Source: an uncultured Ruminococcus sp. (lineage in GTDB: Bacteria > Bacillota > Clostridia > Oscillospirales > Ruminococcaceae). Taken from it: a stretch of DNA of 64,000 nt. The DNA is taken from the NCBI GenBank assembly GCA_964557825.1, contig CAZLBL010000001.1, forward strand, positions 3 through 64,002. The letters run 5' to 3'. The notes under the pieces were generated by a model. That model worked only from the letters and a program-made list of their open reading frames with translations. It did no database searches and was not told the origin of the DNA. Below, one piece after another: positions 39,296 to 48,802 of this stretch. The position numbers and the translations under genes were made by a program. Within the stretch, counting starts at the first letter, position 1, and each line of letters starts with the position of its first letter.

Positions 39296-39322
39296 AAAAA
39301 GCGAAGCCATAGCCTCGCTTTT
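39296..39322 (-). terminator. Terminator after metK
   Basis: AAAAGCGA ... TCGCTTTT. Confidence 0.6.
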
Positions 39323-39365
39323 TACATCTATAAATCCGTGCAAATTTGTGCAGGTACTTCCCTAA

Positions 39366-40541
39366 TCACTTCAGCGCAGCTATAAGCGCCTCTGTTTTAT
39401 CGGTGCGCTCCCAAGCAACGCCCAAATCCTCGCGTCCCATGTGGCCGTATGCGGCAAGCTTGCGGTACTGCGGCTTGCGAAGTTCAAGTATGCTGATTAT
39501 AGCGGCGGGACGGAAATCAAACACCTTTGCAACTGCGGCAGCAATCTGTTCATCGCTGTACTTTCCTGTGCCGAATGTATCCACCATTATAGAAACAGGC
39601 TTAGCCACGCCGATTGCGTATGCCACTTCAAGCTCTGCGCGCTCTGCAAGTCCTGCGGCAACGATATTTTTTGCGGCATATCTTGCCATGTATGCTGCGG
39701 AACGGTCAACCTTTGTGGGGTCCTTGCCGCTGAACGCACCGCCGCCATGGCGCGCACAGCCGCCGTAAGTATCCACAATTATCTTTCTGCCCGTAAGTCC
39801 GCTGTCGCCCTGAGGTCCGCCCACAACAAACCGTCCTGTGGGGTTTACAAAGTACTTGGTGTTTTCATCAAGCAGCTCTGCGGGAACGGTAGTCTTTATT
39901 ACCTTTTCGATTACATCTGCGCGTATCTGCTCAAGCGTTGCATAAGCCTTGTGCTGCGAGGAAACAACCACCGCGTCAACGCGGACGGGCTTGTTGTCGA
40001 TATACTCAACCGTAACCTGCGTTTTGCCATCGGGAAGCAGATAGGGCAGCTCGCCGCTTTTGCGAACCTCGGTCAGCTTTCTTGCAAGCTTCTGCGCAAG
40101 GCTTATCGGCAGCGGCATAAGCTCAGGAGTTTCGCTGCAGGCATAGCCAAACATCATGCCCTGGTCGCCTGCGCCCGTATCGCCAAGGTTCTGCTCTCTG
40201 CCCTCAAGCGCGTTATTTACGCCCATTGCGATATCGGGGGACTGCTTGTCTATCGTTGTAAGCACGGCGCAGGTGTTGCAGTCAAAACCGTACTCCGAGT
40301 TGTCATAGCCAATCTCGCGCACGGTATCGCGTACAATTGCGGGAATATCAATCTGCGCCGTGGTGGTAATTTCGCCCATTACCATTACCATGCCGGTGGT
40401 TGTGCAGGTTTCGCAAGCAACTCTGCCCATTGGGTCCTGCGCCAGTATTGCGTCAAGAACCGCGTCAGAAATATTGTCACAAATTTTGTCGGGGTGACCC
40501 TCTGTTACGCTTTCAGATGTAAATAAAAATTTCTTTGCCAT
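39366..40541 (-). CDS. metK: S-adenosylmethionine synthetase
   Basis: [45 protein letters not shown]; ATG 40541. Confidence 0.99.
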   Translation of the reverse strand: MAKKFLFTSESVTEGHPDKICDNISDAVLDAILAQDPMGRVACETCTTTGMVMVMGEITTTAQIDIPAIVRDTVREIGYDNSEYGFDCNTCAVLTTIDKQSPDIAMGVNNALEGREQNLGDTGAGDQGMMFGYACSETPELMPLPISLAQKLARKLTEVRKSGELPYLLPDGKTQVTVEYIDNKPVRVDAVVVSSQHKAYATLEQIRADVIEKVIKTTVPAELLDENTKYFVNPTGRFVVGGPQGDSGLTGRKIIVDTYGGCARHGGGAFSGKDPTKVDRSAAYMARYAAKNIVAAGLAERAELEVAYAIGVAKPVSIMVDTFGTGKYSDEQIAAAVAKVFDFRPAAIISILELRKPQYRKLAAYGHMGREDLGVAWERTDKTEALIAALK

Positions 40542-40584
40542 AATGTCCCTTTCCTTTCTTGTGGGGGAAATAAAATCCCCCAAC

Positions 40585-40613
40585 AAAACAAAAACGCACT
40601 CCGTGGAGTGCGT
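40585..40613 (-). terminator. Riboswitch expression-platform terminator
   Basis: Minus strand ACGCACTCC-AC-GGAGTGCGT followed by TTTTGTTTT. Confidence 0.85.
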
Positions 40614-40632
40614 AAACTTGCGTTATACACTC

Positions 40633-40743
40633 CTCATCTTTCGGCTTACGCCGCAGGAAGTAGCACCTTTTTCCGGAGAATAGGTTGCCGGGCTTCATAG
40701 GGACCAGTCCCCCGTCTTTCGACCAGAAGCCACTCTTGATAAG
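40633..40743 (-). ncRNA. SAM-I (S-box) riboswitch, variant P2
   Basis: Minus strand CTTATCAAGAG...GGGACTGGTCCC...GGCAACC...GGTGC...GAAAGATGAG upstream of metK. Confidence 0.92.
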
Positions 40744-40759
40744 GTTTTATTACTTTTTT

Positions 40760-40788
40760 ATTATATCATACTATATACGCCGTGTCAA
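40760..40788 (-). promoter_or_regulatory. Promoter of metK leader
   Basis: TTGACA, 17 bp spacer, TATAAT. Confidence 0.85.
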
Positions 40789-40795
40789 TAGGCAA

Positions 40796-41812
40796 TCAGC
40801 TTTTTTGAAATTTTTTCCCGCTCGCCGCTGCGTATACCTCCAGAAGCTGCTCGCCAATTCTGCGGATATCCTTATCCTCAACCGCCTTATAGCCCTCGTC
40901 CTTAAGCGATGTAAGCTCTCCCGAGGTGATGCCCCTGATTTTCTGTACAAAATCCTCAACATCATTTGCCATATAGCAATTCTTGCCATCGGTCAGCCAA
41001 TCAAACACGGGGATATCGCGGACAATTACGTTTGCGCGGCTTGCAAGCGCCTCCAGCAGAACAATGCCCTCTGTTTCCTCATAAGTCGGAAATATGTACA
41101 CATCTGCGCCCGCATATGCTTTTTTAAGTTCATCGGGAGAAACATAACCCGCGAAAATCAGATTTGGCAGCTTTGTTTTAACAGCCTTGCGAACCTTTCG
41201 CGGAACGCTTATCAGCGGTGTTTTTCCAAACCATATAAATTTGTGGTCGGGCATTTCCTGCGCAAGCTTTACAAAATCCAGTATTCCCTTGCGCTCAAAG
41301 TAAAGACCTACCGATACAACAACCTTATCCTGCGCAGAAAAGCCATATTTCTCGCGAAAAGCCTCCCTATCGCCCTCTTTGGCAGCATAAAACTCCAAAT
41401 CAATACCGTTTGACACGGCGTAAATCGGCTTATCCAGGCCATAACCCATAAGCAGACGCTTTGAATACTCGGTCGGGGTGATTATAACATCGCCGCGCTT
41501 GTAGCATGAGCATATCCACTTCTTATACGGTCCTGCCACTAAATTTGAGCCTGTAAACGAATTGCGGAAATCCTCCTGCGTTGAATGCGCATGATACACA
41601 ACAGTTTTTCCTGCCTTCTTTGCTTTTTTTGCAAGATGCTTTGACTTAGGTCCAAGCGTATTGATATGCACAATATCGTAGGTATTGTCCGATGGGTCAT
41701 CGGTAAAGCTTGTTCCGCAGTGTTCAAGTGCCCTTTTCTGATGTCTTATGGCGCGCCCAAGTCCCGATATTTTGATAAGGCGCATGGCCTCGGAATAAAG
41801 CAATACCTTCAT
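40796..41812 (-). CDS. GT4 glycosyltransferase (glycolipid synthase CpoA-like)
   Basis: VSNGID, ERKG, YEETEGIVLLEALAS (EX7E motif). Confidence 0.88.
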   Translation of the reverse strand: MKVLLYSEAMRLIKISGLGRAIRHQKRALEHCGTSFTDDPSDNTYDIVHINTLGPKSKHLAKKAKKAGKTVVYHAHSTQEDFRNSFTGSNLVAGPYKKWICSCYKRGDVIITPTEYSKRLLMGYGLDKPIYAVSNGIDLEFYAAKEGDREAFREKYGFSAQDKVVVSVGLYFERKGILDFVKLAQEMPDHKFIWFGKTPLISVPRKVRKAVKTKLPNLIFAGYVSPDELKKAYAGADVYIFPTYEETEGIVLLEALASRANVIVRDIPVFDWLTDGKNCYMANDVEDFVQKIRGITSGELTSLKDEGYKAVEDKDIRRIGEQLLEVYAAASGKKFQKS

Positions 41813-41829
41813 GGTTACCTCCGTAATAA

Positions 41830-41855
41830 CTCCCCCGAATGGGACTTCGGGGGAG
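41830..41855 (-). terminator. Hairpin between LRR and GT4 genes
   Basis: CTCCCCCGAA ... TTCGGGGGAG; weak U-tract. Confidence 0.5.
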
Positions 41856-41896
41856 CAGTAATTTGTGTCAGTGCTGAAAATGCTATTTTGTGGTTA

Positions 41897-43360
41897 TCAG
41901 AACAGCGAGGTGTTAATGCCGTTGTACATATCACCGCTGCCGCTAGTATATCTGTTTGTGCCAATGGATATCGAACCGAACGCATTCTGCTCAACAACAT
42001 TTACACTGCGGGGCAGACCGATATAGGTAAGCTTGCTGTCAACAAACGCTTCATAACCGATTTTATTCAATCCCGAAAGGATAGTTATAGACTTTATGGA
42101 GCTGTTGCGGAATGCCGCTGTATCAATCTCCTTGACGCCTGCGGGAACGGTATAATCTATAATCGCGCTGTTTTCGGGCATCTTCATAAGAAGCGTCATC
42201 TTCTTGTTGAACAGAACGCCGTCTGCGCTTGCATACTTTGCATTGCCCTCGTCAACATTTATCGCCGTAAGCGACTCGCAGCCGTCAAACGCATACTGAC
42301 CTACATACTTAACTGCTGAGCCTATATTAGCCACAGTCATGCTTTCGCAGCCGCTGAACGCGCCATTGCCTATATATGTAAGGTCTTCGGAAAGGGTGAT
42401 ATCGGCAAGGTTCTTACAGCTTCCAAACGCCCAATCGTCAACACTTGAAGCAAGCGAAACATCTATATTGACAAGCTCCTCACAGCAGGAGAACGCATAT
42501 GCGCCAATATCTATATTATCGCCAGCGATAACGACATCTGTAAGCCACTCGCACTTGCCAAAGGACCAGTCGGGAATTTCGGTGACCTCTGCGGGAATAT
42601 AAACGCTTCTCAGCGCCGAGCCGGAGAAAGCATACTTGCCTTCAAGGCACTTCGCGGGGATATTCATTCTGGAAACGCCTATTCCATTGTACTCGCCGTC
42701 AAGCTTAACATTGTTAAGCTGGCTCATCTTCACGCATCTGTCCGCATAATCGCCAAGGTCGATAGCCTGTGCGCTTTCGGGCAGAATGATGATATCAATA
42801 TCACTGGTGCAGGTGGACAAGTCAACACCGACAACATTCATTGTACCCGAGGAGGTTTCCACCGTATCGGGCAGCTTTAATATAGGTGTATTGGCGTAGT
42901 AATTTGTGATAACAACGCCGCCAAGCTCCTCATCAACATAGGAAAGGAAGCCGGAGGTGGGCGCTTTTGCCGTTTTAAGCCTGCTGATTATATCGTTATA
43001 TTTCATCAGACTGATATCTTCCACAGTTTCGGGAACGATAAGCGACTCTATAATCTTTGCGCTATTGCTGAAATCAATCTCCAGAACGGTGTAGCCGTCA
43101 ATCGTGTCGGGAACCTTTACATTAGAATCATAGCCATTGTACTCCGTAATGACAATACCGCCAAGCTTTTCATCATAGCTGTATGTAAAATCGGAAGCGG
43201 GCGTCGCTTCTATATTATAAAGTCCGCCCCAGTACTCTTCAAGCGTAACCGAAGCGACAGCGGGCGCGCTTTCAGCCGAAATAAGCTGCGCAGCAGCGGC
43301 AGCCGTTCCAAACGCAACAGCACCCGATATAATAACCGACAAGCTTTTCTTTAACTTCAT
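41897..43360 (-). CDS. BspA-type leucine-rich-repeat secreted protein
   Basis: Signal peptide; repeats such as IGAYAFSCC, IGNGAFSGCESM, VGQYAFDGCESL; ATG 43360. Confidence 0.88.
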   Translation of the reverse strand: MKLKKSLSVIISGAVAFGTAAAAAQLISAESAPAVASVTLEEYWGGLYNIEATPASDFTYSYDEKLGGIVITEYNGYDSNVKVPDTIDGYTVLEIDFSNSAKIIESLIVPETVEDISLMKYNDIISRLKTAKAPTSGFLSYVDEELGGVVITNYYANTPILKLPDTVETSSGTMNVVGVDLSTCTSDIDIIILPESAQAIDLGDYADRCVKMSQLNNVKLDGEYNGIGVSRMNIPAKCLEGKYAFSGSALRSVYIPAEVTEIPDWSFGKCEWLTDVVIAGDNIDIGAYAFSCCEELVNIDVSLASSVDDWAFGSCKNLADITLSEDLTYIGNGAFSGCESMTVANIGSAVKYVGQYAFDGCESLTAINVDEGNAKYASADGVLFNKKMTLLMKMPENSAIIDYTVPAGVKEIDTAAFRNSSIKSITILSGLNKIGYEAFVDSKLTYIGLPRSVNVVEQNAFGSISIGTNRYTSGSGDMYNGINTSLF

Positions 43361-43428
43361 TGTCAGACCTCCACCAAAAATCGGTATAAATTTCACAGCA
43401 CAAAAAGCGTATGCTGCCAGATAATAAT

Positions 43429-43457
43429 AGTATACAACATAAATACCAAAAAGTCAA
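43429..43457 (-). promoter_or_regulatory. Promoter of LRR gene
   Basis: TTGACT, 17 bp spacer, TATACT. Confidence 0.6.
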
Positions 43458-43521
43458 TAGCGGCAGAACAAAAAATGTAATCGTTTTTTGCCGATATCAA
43501 TAAAATAATATTCCAACGCGC

Positions 43522-43605
43522 AAAAAAGCAGCACCATATTTATACGGTGCTGCTTGAAATATTGCGCTGTTGCCGCTGCGGGGCATAACCACCCGCAGCT
43601 GCGGC
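43522..43605 (-). terminator. Two hairpins after GH94 gene
   Basis: GCCGC/TGCGGG stem 43572-43605 and AAGCAGCACC/GGTGCTGCTT stem 43526-43555 with T-run on minus strand. Confidence 0.7.
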
Positions 43606-43606
43606 A

Positions 43607-46000
43607 TTACATCTCGATGATTACATCGTTTTCGGTCTTAAGAATGGAGTCAAGGATAAGCTTGCCCTCAATCTTTTCGCCGTTTACGGTTACGGACTTA
43701 ACGCCATGCTCAGAGCCGTTGGGGTTCTTTACGGTAACGTGAAGCTTCTTACCACGGAAGGTCTTGTCCATGGTGTATTCCTTCCACTCAGAGGGGATAG
43801 ACGGGTCGATAACAAGACCCTTTGTTTCAGGGTTAAGACCGAGGATACCCTCTGTTGTACCAACCATAACGGTGGAAGCAGTACCTGTCAGCCAGTGAAC
43901 GTGCGCACGGCCTGCAAACGGACTGTCCTTGCCCTCAACGAACTGACCGTAAACATACGGCTCGAGTACGCGGTGTTCTGCGTTGTCGTTGTAAGTTGCG
44001 GGAGCAGCTTCTGTCCAGTACTTGTACGCGCGGTTGCCGTGACCAAGCTTGGACTCTGCGAGAATAAGCCAGCCCTGCGGCTGAGAGAAGATACCCGCGT
44101 TCTCCTTTGTGCATTTGTTGAAGCACTGCATAAGCGCGCCGTCAAAGCCGTGCTTAACATAAGGCGGATACATAACCATTGCGCCGTAGGGAGTGTTAAG
44201 CTCGCGCTCAACGCTGTCCATAGCCTTTTCACCCTGCTCCTTGGTAGCAAAACCGGAGATAACGGACCAGCTCTGCGGATTAAGCCACATGGAAGCCTCG
44301 GGGTCGGTGCGCTGACCGATAACGGTGCCGTCCTCCTTGTAGCCTCTTATCCATCTGTCCTCGTTCCAGCAAGCGGAGAGGATAGTGTCAAGCTTAGCCT
44401 TGATTTCGTCGAGGTACTTGATGTACTCGGTATCGTTCTTTTCAACTGCATAGGTGCGAAGGATTTTAACCGCATAAACAAGCTGGAATGCAACGAATGT
44501 GGACTCGCCCTTCTTGCCGAGGCGCAGGCAGTCGTTCCAGTCTGCGTGCAGACCTGCGGGCATACCGTGATTTCCGAGATGGTTCATGGAGAAGTCGATA
44601 GCTCTCTTGAGGTGGTCGTATACAGTACCCTTTTCGCCGTCGTTAGCATAGAGAATTTCCTCGTCAAGGAATGCGCTGTCGCCACTTTCGGAGATGTACT
44701 TGTACACCGTCGGGAAGAGCCACAGAGCGTCGTCTGCGCGGTAGGAGGGGTGACCTGTCTGCTTTGCGTAAACGGAGTTTTCGTCGTTTTCGTCGGGGTG
44801 ATTTTCCTGTCCTGCCTTGTGGTCGTACTTAACAAGCGGCAAACCTGCGCCGTTTGTAACCTGTGCGGAAAGCATGAACTCAATCTGCTTCTTAGCCATT
44901 TCGGGCGCAAGGTGGATTATACCCTGGATATCCTGTACTGTATCGCGGTAGCCGAAGCCGTTTCTCAGACCGCAGTACTGGAACGAAGCCGCTCTGGACC
45001 AGATAAAGGTGATGAAGCAGTTGTATGCGTTCCATGTATTTACCATGTTGTTGAAGTTAGCGTCGGGAGTGTGAACCTGAAGGTTGTCAAGCTTTGCGTG
45101 CCAGTAGTTCTTGAGCGCGGAAAGTTCAGCCTCAACAGTGCCGCTGTTTTCATACTTTGCGATAATCTCGGTTATCTCAGCTTCTGTCTTCTGTCCGCCG
45201 AGAACGTATGTCAATTCCTTTGTTTCGCCTGGCTGGAGAACGATGTCGCTCTGGAGCGCGCCGCAGGAGTTTGTGTTGTAGTTGAGGTCGCCCTTAAGAC
45301 CCTCTTCGATGCCCTTGGGGTTAGCGTAGCTTCTGTAAGAACCCACAAAAGCGTCACGGTCGCCGCAGTAAGCGTCAGCCTTTGCTCTTGCAAGGCCGAG
45401 GAAGCGTCCGCTGTTGGGGTTGTAAACCTCATTCTGCATCTGGTGGATATAGCTGCCCTTGAAGTAGGTGCGTGTGATGAACAGTGTGTACTGAAGGTTT
45501 ACCTGATCCTGCTCATAGTTGGGGTCGTTTACAAATTCGCAATAGCCTGTTACAGCCATCTTACGGGGCTTGTCGGAGGTGTTGGTTACCTTAGCTGCCC
45601 ATACCTCGTAGGTTGCGCCCTGCGGAACGTAATATGTAACCTCGGACTTAATGCCCTTGTATTCGGAAGTGATGACGGTGTAAGCTGTACCGTGGCGGCA
45701 TTCGCTCTTGAATTCGTCAAGCGGCTTGCATACAGGTGCCCAAGAAGCGGACCAGTATTCGCCTGTTTCTGTATCGCGCAGGTATACATATCTGCCGGGG
45801 GTGTCGTTTGCAACACCGTTAAAGCGGTAGCGTATAACACGGCCGTTAGCACCGCTCTTTACAAAGCTGTAACCGCCTGCGTTGTTGGAAATAATTGCGC
45901 CGTATTCGGGGTCGCCGAGATAGTTTGCCCATGCCGAGGGTGTATCGGGACGGGTGATGACATACTCTTTTCTGAGTTCGTCGAAATGACCGTAGTTCAT
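43607..46000 (-). CDS. GH94 glycoside phosphorylase (cellodextrin/cellobiose/chitobiose type)
   Basis: EYVITRPDTP, GFGYRDTVQD, ADWNDCL (catalytic Asp), KENAGIF, WLTGTA. Confidence 0.93.
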   Translation of the reverse strand: MNYGHFDELRKEYVITRPDTPSAWANYLGDPEYGAIISNNAGGYSFVKSGANGRVIRYRFNGVANDTPGRYVYLRDTETGEYWSASWAPVCKPLDEFKSECRHGTAYTVITSEYKGIKSEVTYYVPQGATYEVWAAKVTNTSDKPRKMAVTGYCEFVNDPNYEQDQVNLQYTLFITRTYFKGSYIHQMQNEVYNPNSGRFLGLARAKADAYCGDRDAFVGSYRSYANPKGIEEGLKGDLNYNTNSCGALQSDIVLQPGETKELTYVLGGQKTEAEITEIIAKYENSGTVEAELSALKNYWHAKLDNLQVHTPDANFNNMVNTWNAYNCFITFIWSRAASFQYCGLRNGFGYRDTVQDIQGIIHLAPEMAKKQIEFMLSAQVTNGAGLPLVKYDHKAGQENHPDENDENSVYAKQTGHPSYRADDALWLFPTVYKYISESGDSAFLDEEILYANDGEKGTVYDHLKRAIDFSMNHLGNHGMPAGLHADWNDCLRLGKKGESTFVAFQLVYAVKILRTYAVEKNDTEYIKYLDEIKAKLDTILSACWNEDRWIRGYKEDGTVIGQRTDPEASMWLNPQSWSVISGFATKEQGEKAMDSVERELNTPYGAMVMYPPYVKHGFDGALMQCFNKCTKENAGIFSQPQGWLILAESKLGHGNRAYKYWTEAAPATYNDNAEHRVLEPYVYGQFVEGKDSPFAGRAHVHWLTGTASTVMVGTTEGILGLNPETKGLVIDPSIPSEWKEYTMDKTFRGKKLHVTVKNPNGSEHGVKSVTVNGEKIEGKLILDSILKTENDVIIEM

Positions 46001-46080
46001 TGGTTTTTCCTCCGTTGGTATTTATTTCGCGCCCTGTCGGACGTCAGTTTCGTTTTGAGAGAACATTCCCTCTATACACT

Positions 46081-46109
46081 ATTATAGCAGTAAATCGTTT
46101 ACATTACAA
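46081..46109 (-). promoter_or_regulatory. GH94 promoter with cre/LacI-like operator in the spacer
   Basis: TTGTAA, 17 bp spacer, TATAAT; spacer contains TGTAAACGATTTAC. Confidence 0.6.
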
Positions 46110-46185
46110 GGGCGGTATTTTATACAAATTTCCTGTGGCGAATTTAGACATCTTGCACAAACTGCTTAACTTATAGCACAAATCA

Positions 46186-46207
46186 CCCCCGCAGCCTTGT
46201 GCGGGGG
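46186..46207 (-). terminator. Terminator hairpin after hpf
   Basis: CCCCCGCA ... TGCGGGGG. Confidence 0.6.
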
Positions 46208-46216
46208 CGCGTACAA

Positions 46217-46741
46217 TCAATTTTCGGGAACAAGAACGGCGTAATTTCCGTCCTCTCTTGAATAAACAACGTTTACAAGACCGCTTTCCGCATTTTTGAA
46301 CATAAAGAACGAATGTCCCAAAAGGTTCATCTGAAGTATAGCCTCGTCAACGGTCATAGGTCTGAGGCTGAAGGTCTTGTAGCGGATAACCTCATACTCC
46401 TTCTCCTCTGCCTCTGCGTCAGGCTCAAGACCTGCAAACGCATTGGCACGCAGGCTTTTTTCAACCTTTGTTTTCTGCTTTCTTATCTGGCGAATGATAC
46501 GGTCGATAGTAACATCAAGCGCGTCATTCTTATCCTTTGCCGCCTGCTCCGCACGGTAGATAATACCGTTATATTTCACAGTAAGCTCCAGAAGAATCTG
46601 CTCGCGGCGCTCTGCCAGCGTAAGCTTAGCTTCAGCCTCTTCGGGGAAGAAGCGGTCAAGCTTTGCGTTAAGCCTGTCCACTGCATAATCCGTGAACGCC
46701 TGAGAAATGTTGAGTTTTTTTGCTGTGATGGTTACTTTCAT
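46217..46741 (-). CDS. hpf: Ribosome hibernation promoting factor (long HPF)
   Basis: IRQIRKQKTK, KTFSLRPMTVDEAILQMNLLGHSFFMF, NVVYSREDGNY. Confidence 0.95.
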   Translation of the reverse strand: MKVTITAKKLNISQAFTDYAVDRLNAKLDRFFPEEAEAKLTLAERREQILLELTVKYNGIIYRAEQAAKDKNDALDVTIDRIIRQIRKQKTKVEKSLRANAFAGLEPDAEAEEKEYEVIRYKTFSLRPMTVDEAILQMNLLGHSFFMFKNAESGLVNVVYSREDGNYAVLVPEN

Positions 46742-46811
46742 TCAAATCATCCTCTCGTGGTTAGATAGCGGTATACGCTGAAGAAATCCGATATCGGTTT
46801 TCTCTGTTTTC

Positions 46812-46840
46812 ATTTTACCACATTTGCCCGAAATATACAA
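46812..46840 (-). promoter_or_regulatory. Promoter of hpf
   Basis: TTGTAT, 17 bp spacer, TAAAAT with upstream TG. Confidence 0.6.
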
Positions 46841-46926
46841 GTGTTTTTCTGAAAATTCTTGATTTTTGAACAATTTCAACAAATATTTCAACCATCACTG
46901 TGACACTATGCAGATTTTTCAGCTAA

Positions 46927-47718
46927 CTAGAGCTTTACAAATTCCGCCTTTCTGCCGCGGAAAACCGCACAATAGGCAAAGCCTGCCGCTTTCAGAATTT
47001 CCTCTGCCTTGTCAAAATCATACGCGATATTCGCGCCCGTGTGAGCGTCAGAACCTACGGTTATTATCTCCCCTCCAAGCTCGCGATAGCGCTTCAGCAC
47101 CTGCGGGTGCGGGTGTGCAAAGGCAAGCCCGTACTTCAGACCTGCGGTATTAAGCTCAATGCCCTTGCCCATTGAAATAATCTTCCGAAGTATTTCATCA
47201 AGCATATCCCAGAAATCCAGTGGATTATATGTCATTGACTTGCTGTACCTAACCACATAGTCAAGGTGACCATACACATCAAAATCATCAAAGGCGGAAA
47301 TGTTATCCAAAATGCTTTGGAAGTATCTGAGTATTCCCTCGCTGTCACCGAATTTGTCGAAATATTCCAGATAGTAAGGGTCAACTCCGTCCACAAGATG
47401 GGACGAGCCGATAATAAAATCAAACGGATAGGCGGAAGCAAACTCATAAAGCTGCGGCGCAAGATAATCCATAACACCAAGCTCAACACCGAAAAGCAGC
47501 TCTATCCTGTCGGAATAAAGCTGCTTAACGCGGAAAAGTTCCTTTTGATATCGGGCGGCGTCAAGCGCAAACTCCCCTGTGGGATAATCCATATCCATGT
47601 GTTCAGTTATACACAGAGTTTTAAGACCCTTCTGCGCCGCAGCTGCAACAGCGGCTTCAAGCCGTTCCTCGCTGTCGCTTGAAAAAGAGGTATGCACATG
47701 AAAATCAGCCGTTATCAT
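46927..47718 (-). CDS. HisJ-family histidinol-phosphatase / PHP hydrolase
   Basis: DFHVHT, ITEH, GHLD, IELNT, GSDAH; ATG 47718. Confidence 0.88.
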   Translation of the reverse strand: MITADFHVHTSFSSDSEERLEAAVAAAAQKGLKTLCITEHMDMDYPTGEFALDAARYQKELFRVKQLYSDRIELLFGVELGVMDYLAPQLYEFASAYPFDFIIGSSHLVDGVDPYYLEYFDKFGDSEGILRYFQSILDNISAFDDFDVYGHLDYVVRYSKSMTYNPLDFWDMLDEILRKIISMGKGIELNTAGLKYGLAFAHPHPQVLKRYRELGGEIITVGSDAHTGANIAYDFDKAEEILKAAGFAYCAVFRGRKAEFVKL

Positions 47719-48328
47719 TTTCTTTCTTCCTTTGTTCATACATTCTGTAATACTCTCTCATATACAGGAAAAATGCCATTGCATTAAAGGCAAACATAAC
47801 GCCAATCATAATCAGCGCCGCCCAGTTTGCTATGTAGGGCGCGCCGATAAGTACGATAACAAGCACATAGAACACAATTGTTGCCGATTTGCCAAACCAT
47901 TTTGCGCCGCCCAAATCCTGACCTTTTTTAAGAAAAAGCAGCGCCATAATCAGCAGAGTAATCTCTTTTATTACAATAAGTATAAAAAGTGCCGCAATTG
48001 CCCACCAAATCTTATTATATCTGATAACAAGGCATACAACCACCGCCGCCTGCGTAAGCTTATCAGCAAGCGGGTCAAGCGCCTTGCCAAGGTCCGTTAT
48101 CATATTAAAGCGGCGGGCAATAAAACCGTCTGCCGCGTCTGTAATACCCGATATCACCACAATAATCGCTGCAAGAATATACCCGTTTGTCCCCTTGAAA
48201 AGCTGACTTTCGCTTTGTATCATTCCGTCCTCCCAAAGAAAGGCATATACAAAAAATGGTATAAGGACAATCCTTGCCAATGTCAATAAATTCGGAATTT
48301 TTGTAATATCCCGAATGTCAAGCTTCAT
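47705..48328 (-). CDS. CDP-alcohol phosphatidyltransferase (PgsA-like)
   Basis: IPNLLTLARI, DAADGFIARRFNMITDLGKALDPLADK. Confidence 0.9.
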   Translation of the reverse strand: MKLDIRDITKIPNLLTLARIVLIPFFVYAFLWEDGMIQSESQLFKGTNGYILAAIIVVISGITDAADGFIARRFNMITDLGKALDPLADKLTQAAVVVCLVIRYNKIWWAIAALFILIVIKEITLLIMALLFLKKGQDLGGAKWFGKSATIVFYVLVIVLIGAPYIANWAALIMIGVMFAFNAMAFFLYMREYYRMYEQRKKENDNG

Positions 48329-48382
48329 TAAATCACCCCAGTTGCATAAAAATATTCATACCACCAAACTTTGAATGCAGGA

Positions 48383-48802
48383 TTATTTTTCTTCGTTATC
48401 CTCCGCATTTTCTGCGGCAGATTGGGTTTCCTGTTCTTCCGCAGCAGCCCTCATAATCTTCTCAATTTCATGGTTACGCTGCAACATCTCAAAACGCTCT
48501 GTAAAATCCTTAAGCTTCATATAACGCTCTGTGACCTTACGGGCGCGGTCAAGTATCTCCTGCTTTTCCTCCTCGGTATAAGTATGGGTTGCAGGGTCGG
48601 CTCTCCTGCGGCGTCTTTCCTTATCCTGCTCGGCTTTTGCCAGCTTCTGATAAGCTTCGTTAAGACGCTGCTTTGCCTCGTTGATGTTCTGCCTCCGCTC
48701 GTCCTTTTCACGCTGATACGCTTCACGATTGGCATCTATTCTGTTCAGCAGTTCCTGCTCGTCTATCTGCTGCTTCTGCTGCTTCTCGTTCTTTTCTTTC
48801 AT
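48383..48802 (-). CDS. Highly charged helical hypothetical protein
   Basis: AAGGA SD, E/K/R/Q-rich ORF; no motif recognised. Confidence 0.6.
   Translation of the reverse strand: MKEKNEKQQKQQIDEQELLNRIDANREAYQREKDERRQNINEAKQRLNEAYQKLAKAEQDKERRRRRADPATHTYTEEEKQEILDRARKVTERYMKLKDFTERFEMLQRNHEIEKIMRAAAEEQETQSAAENAEDNEEK

Noticed and set aside
43706-46087. 793-aa plus-strand ORF
   Set aside because: Exact antisense shadow of the GH94 gene caused by its strong codon bias; no motifs or SD
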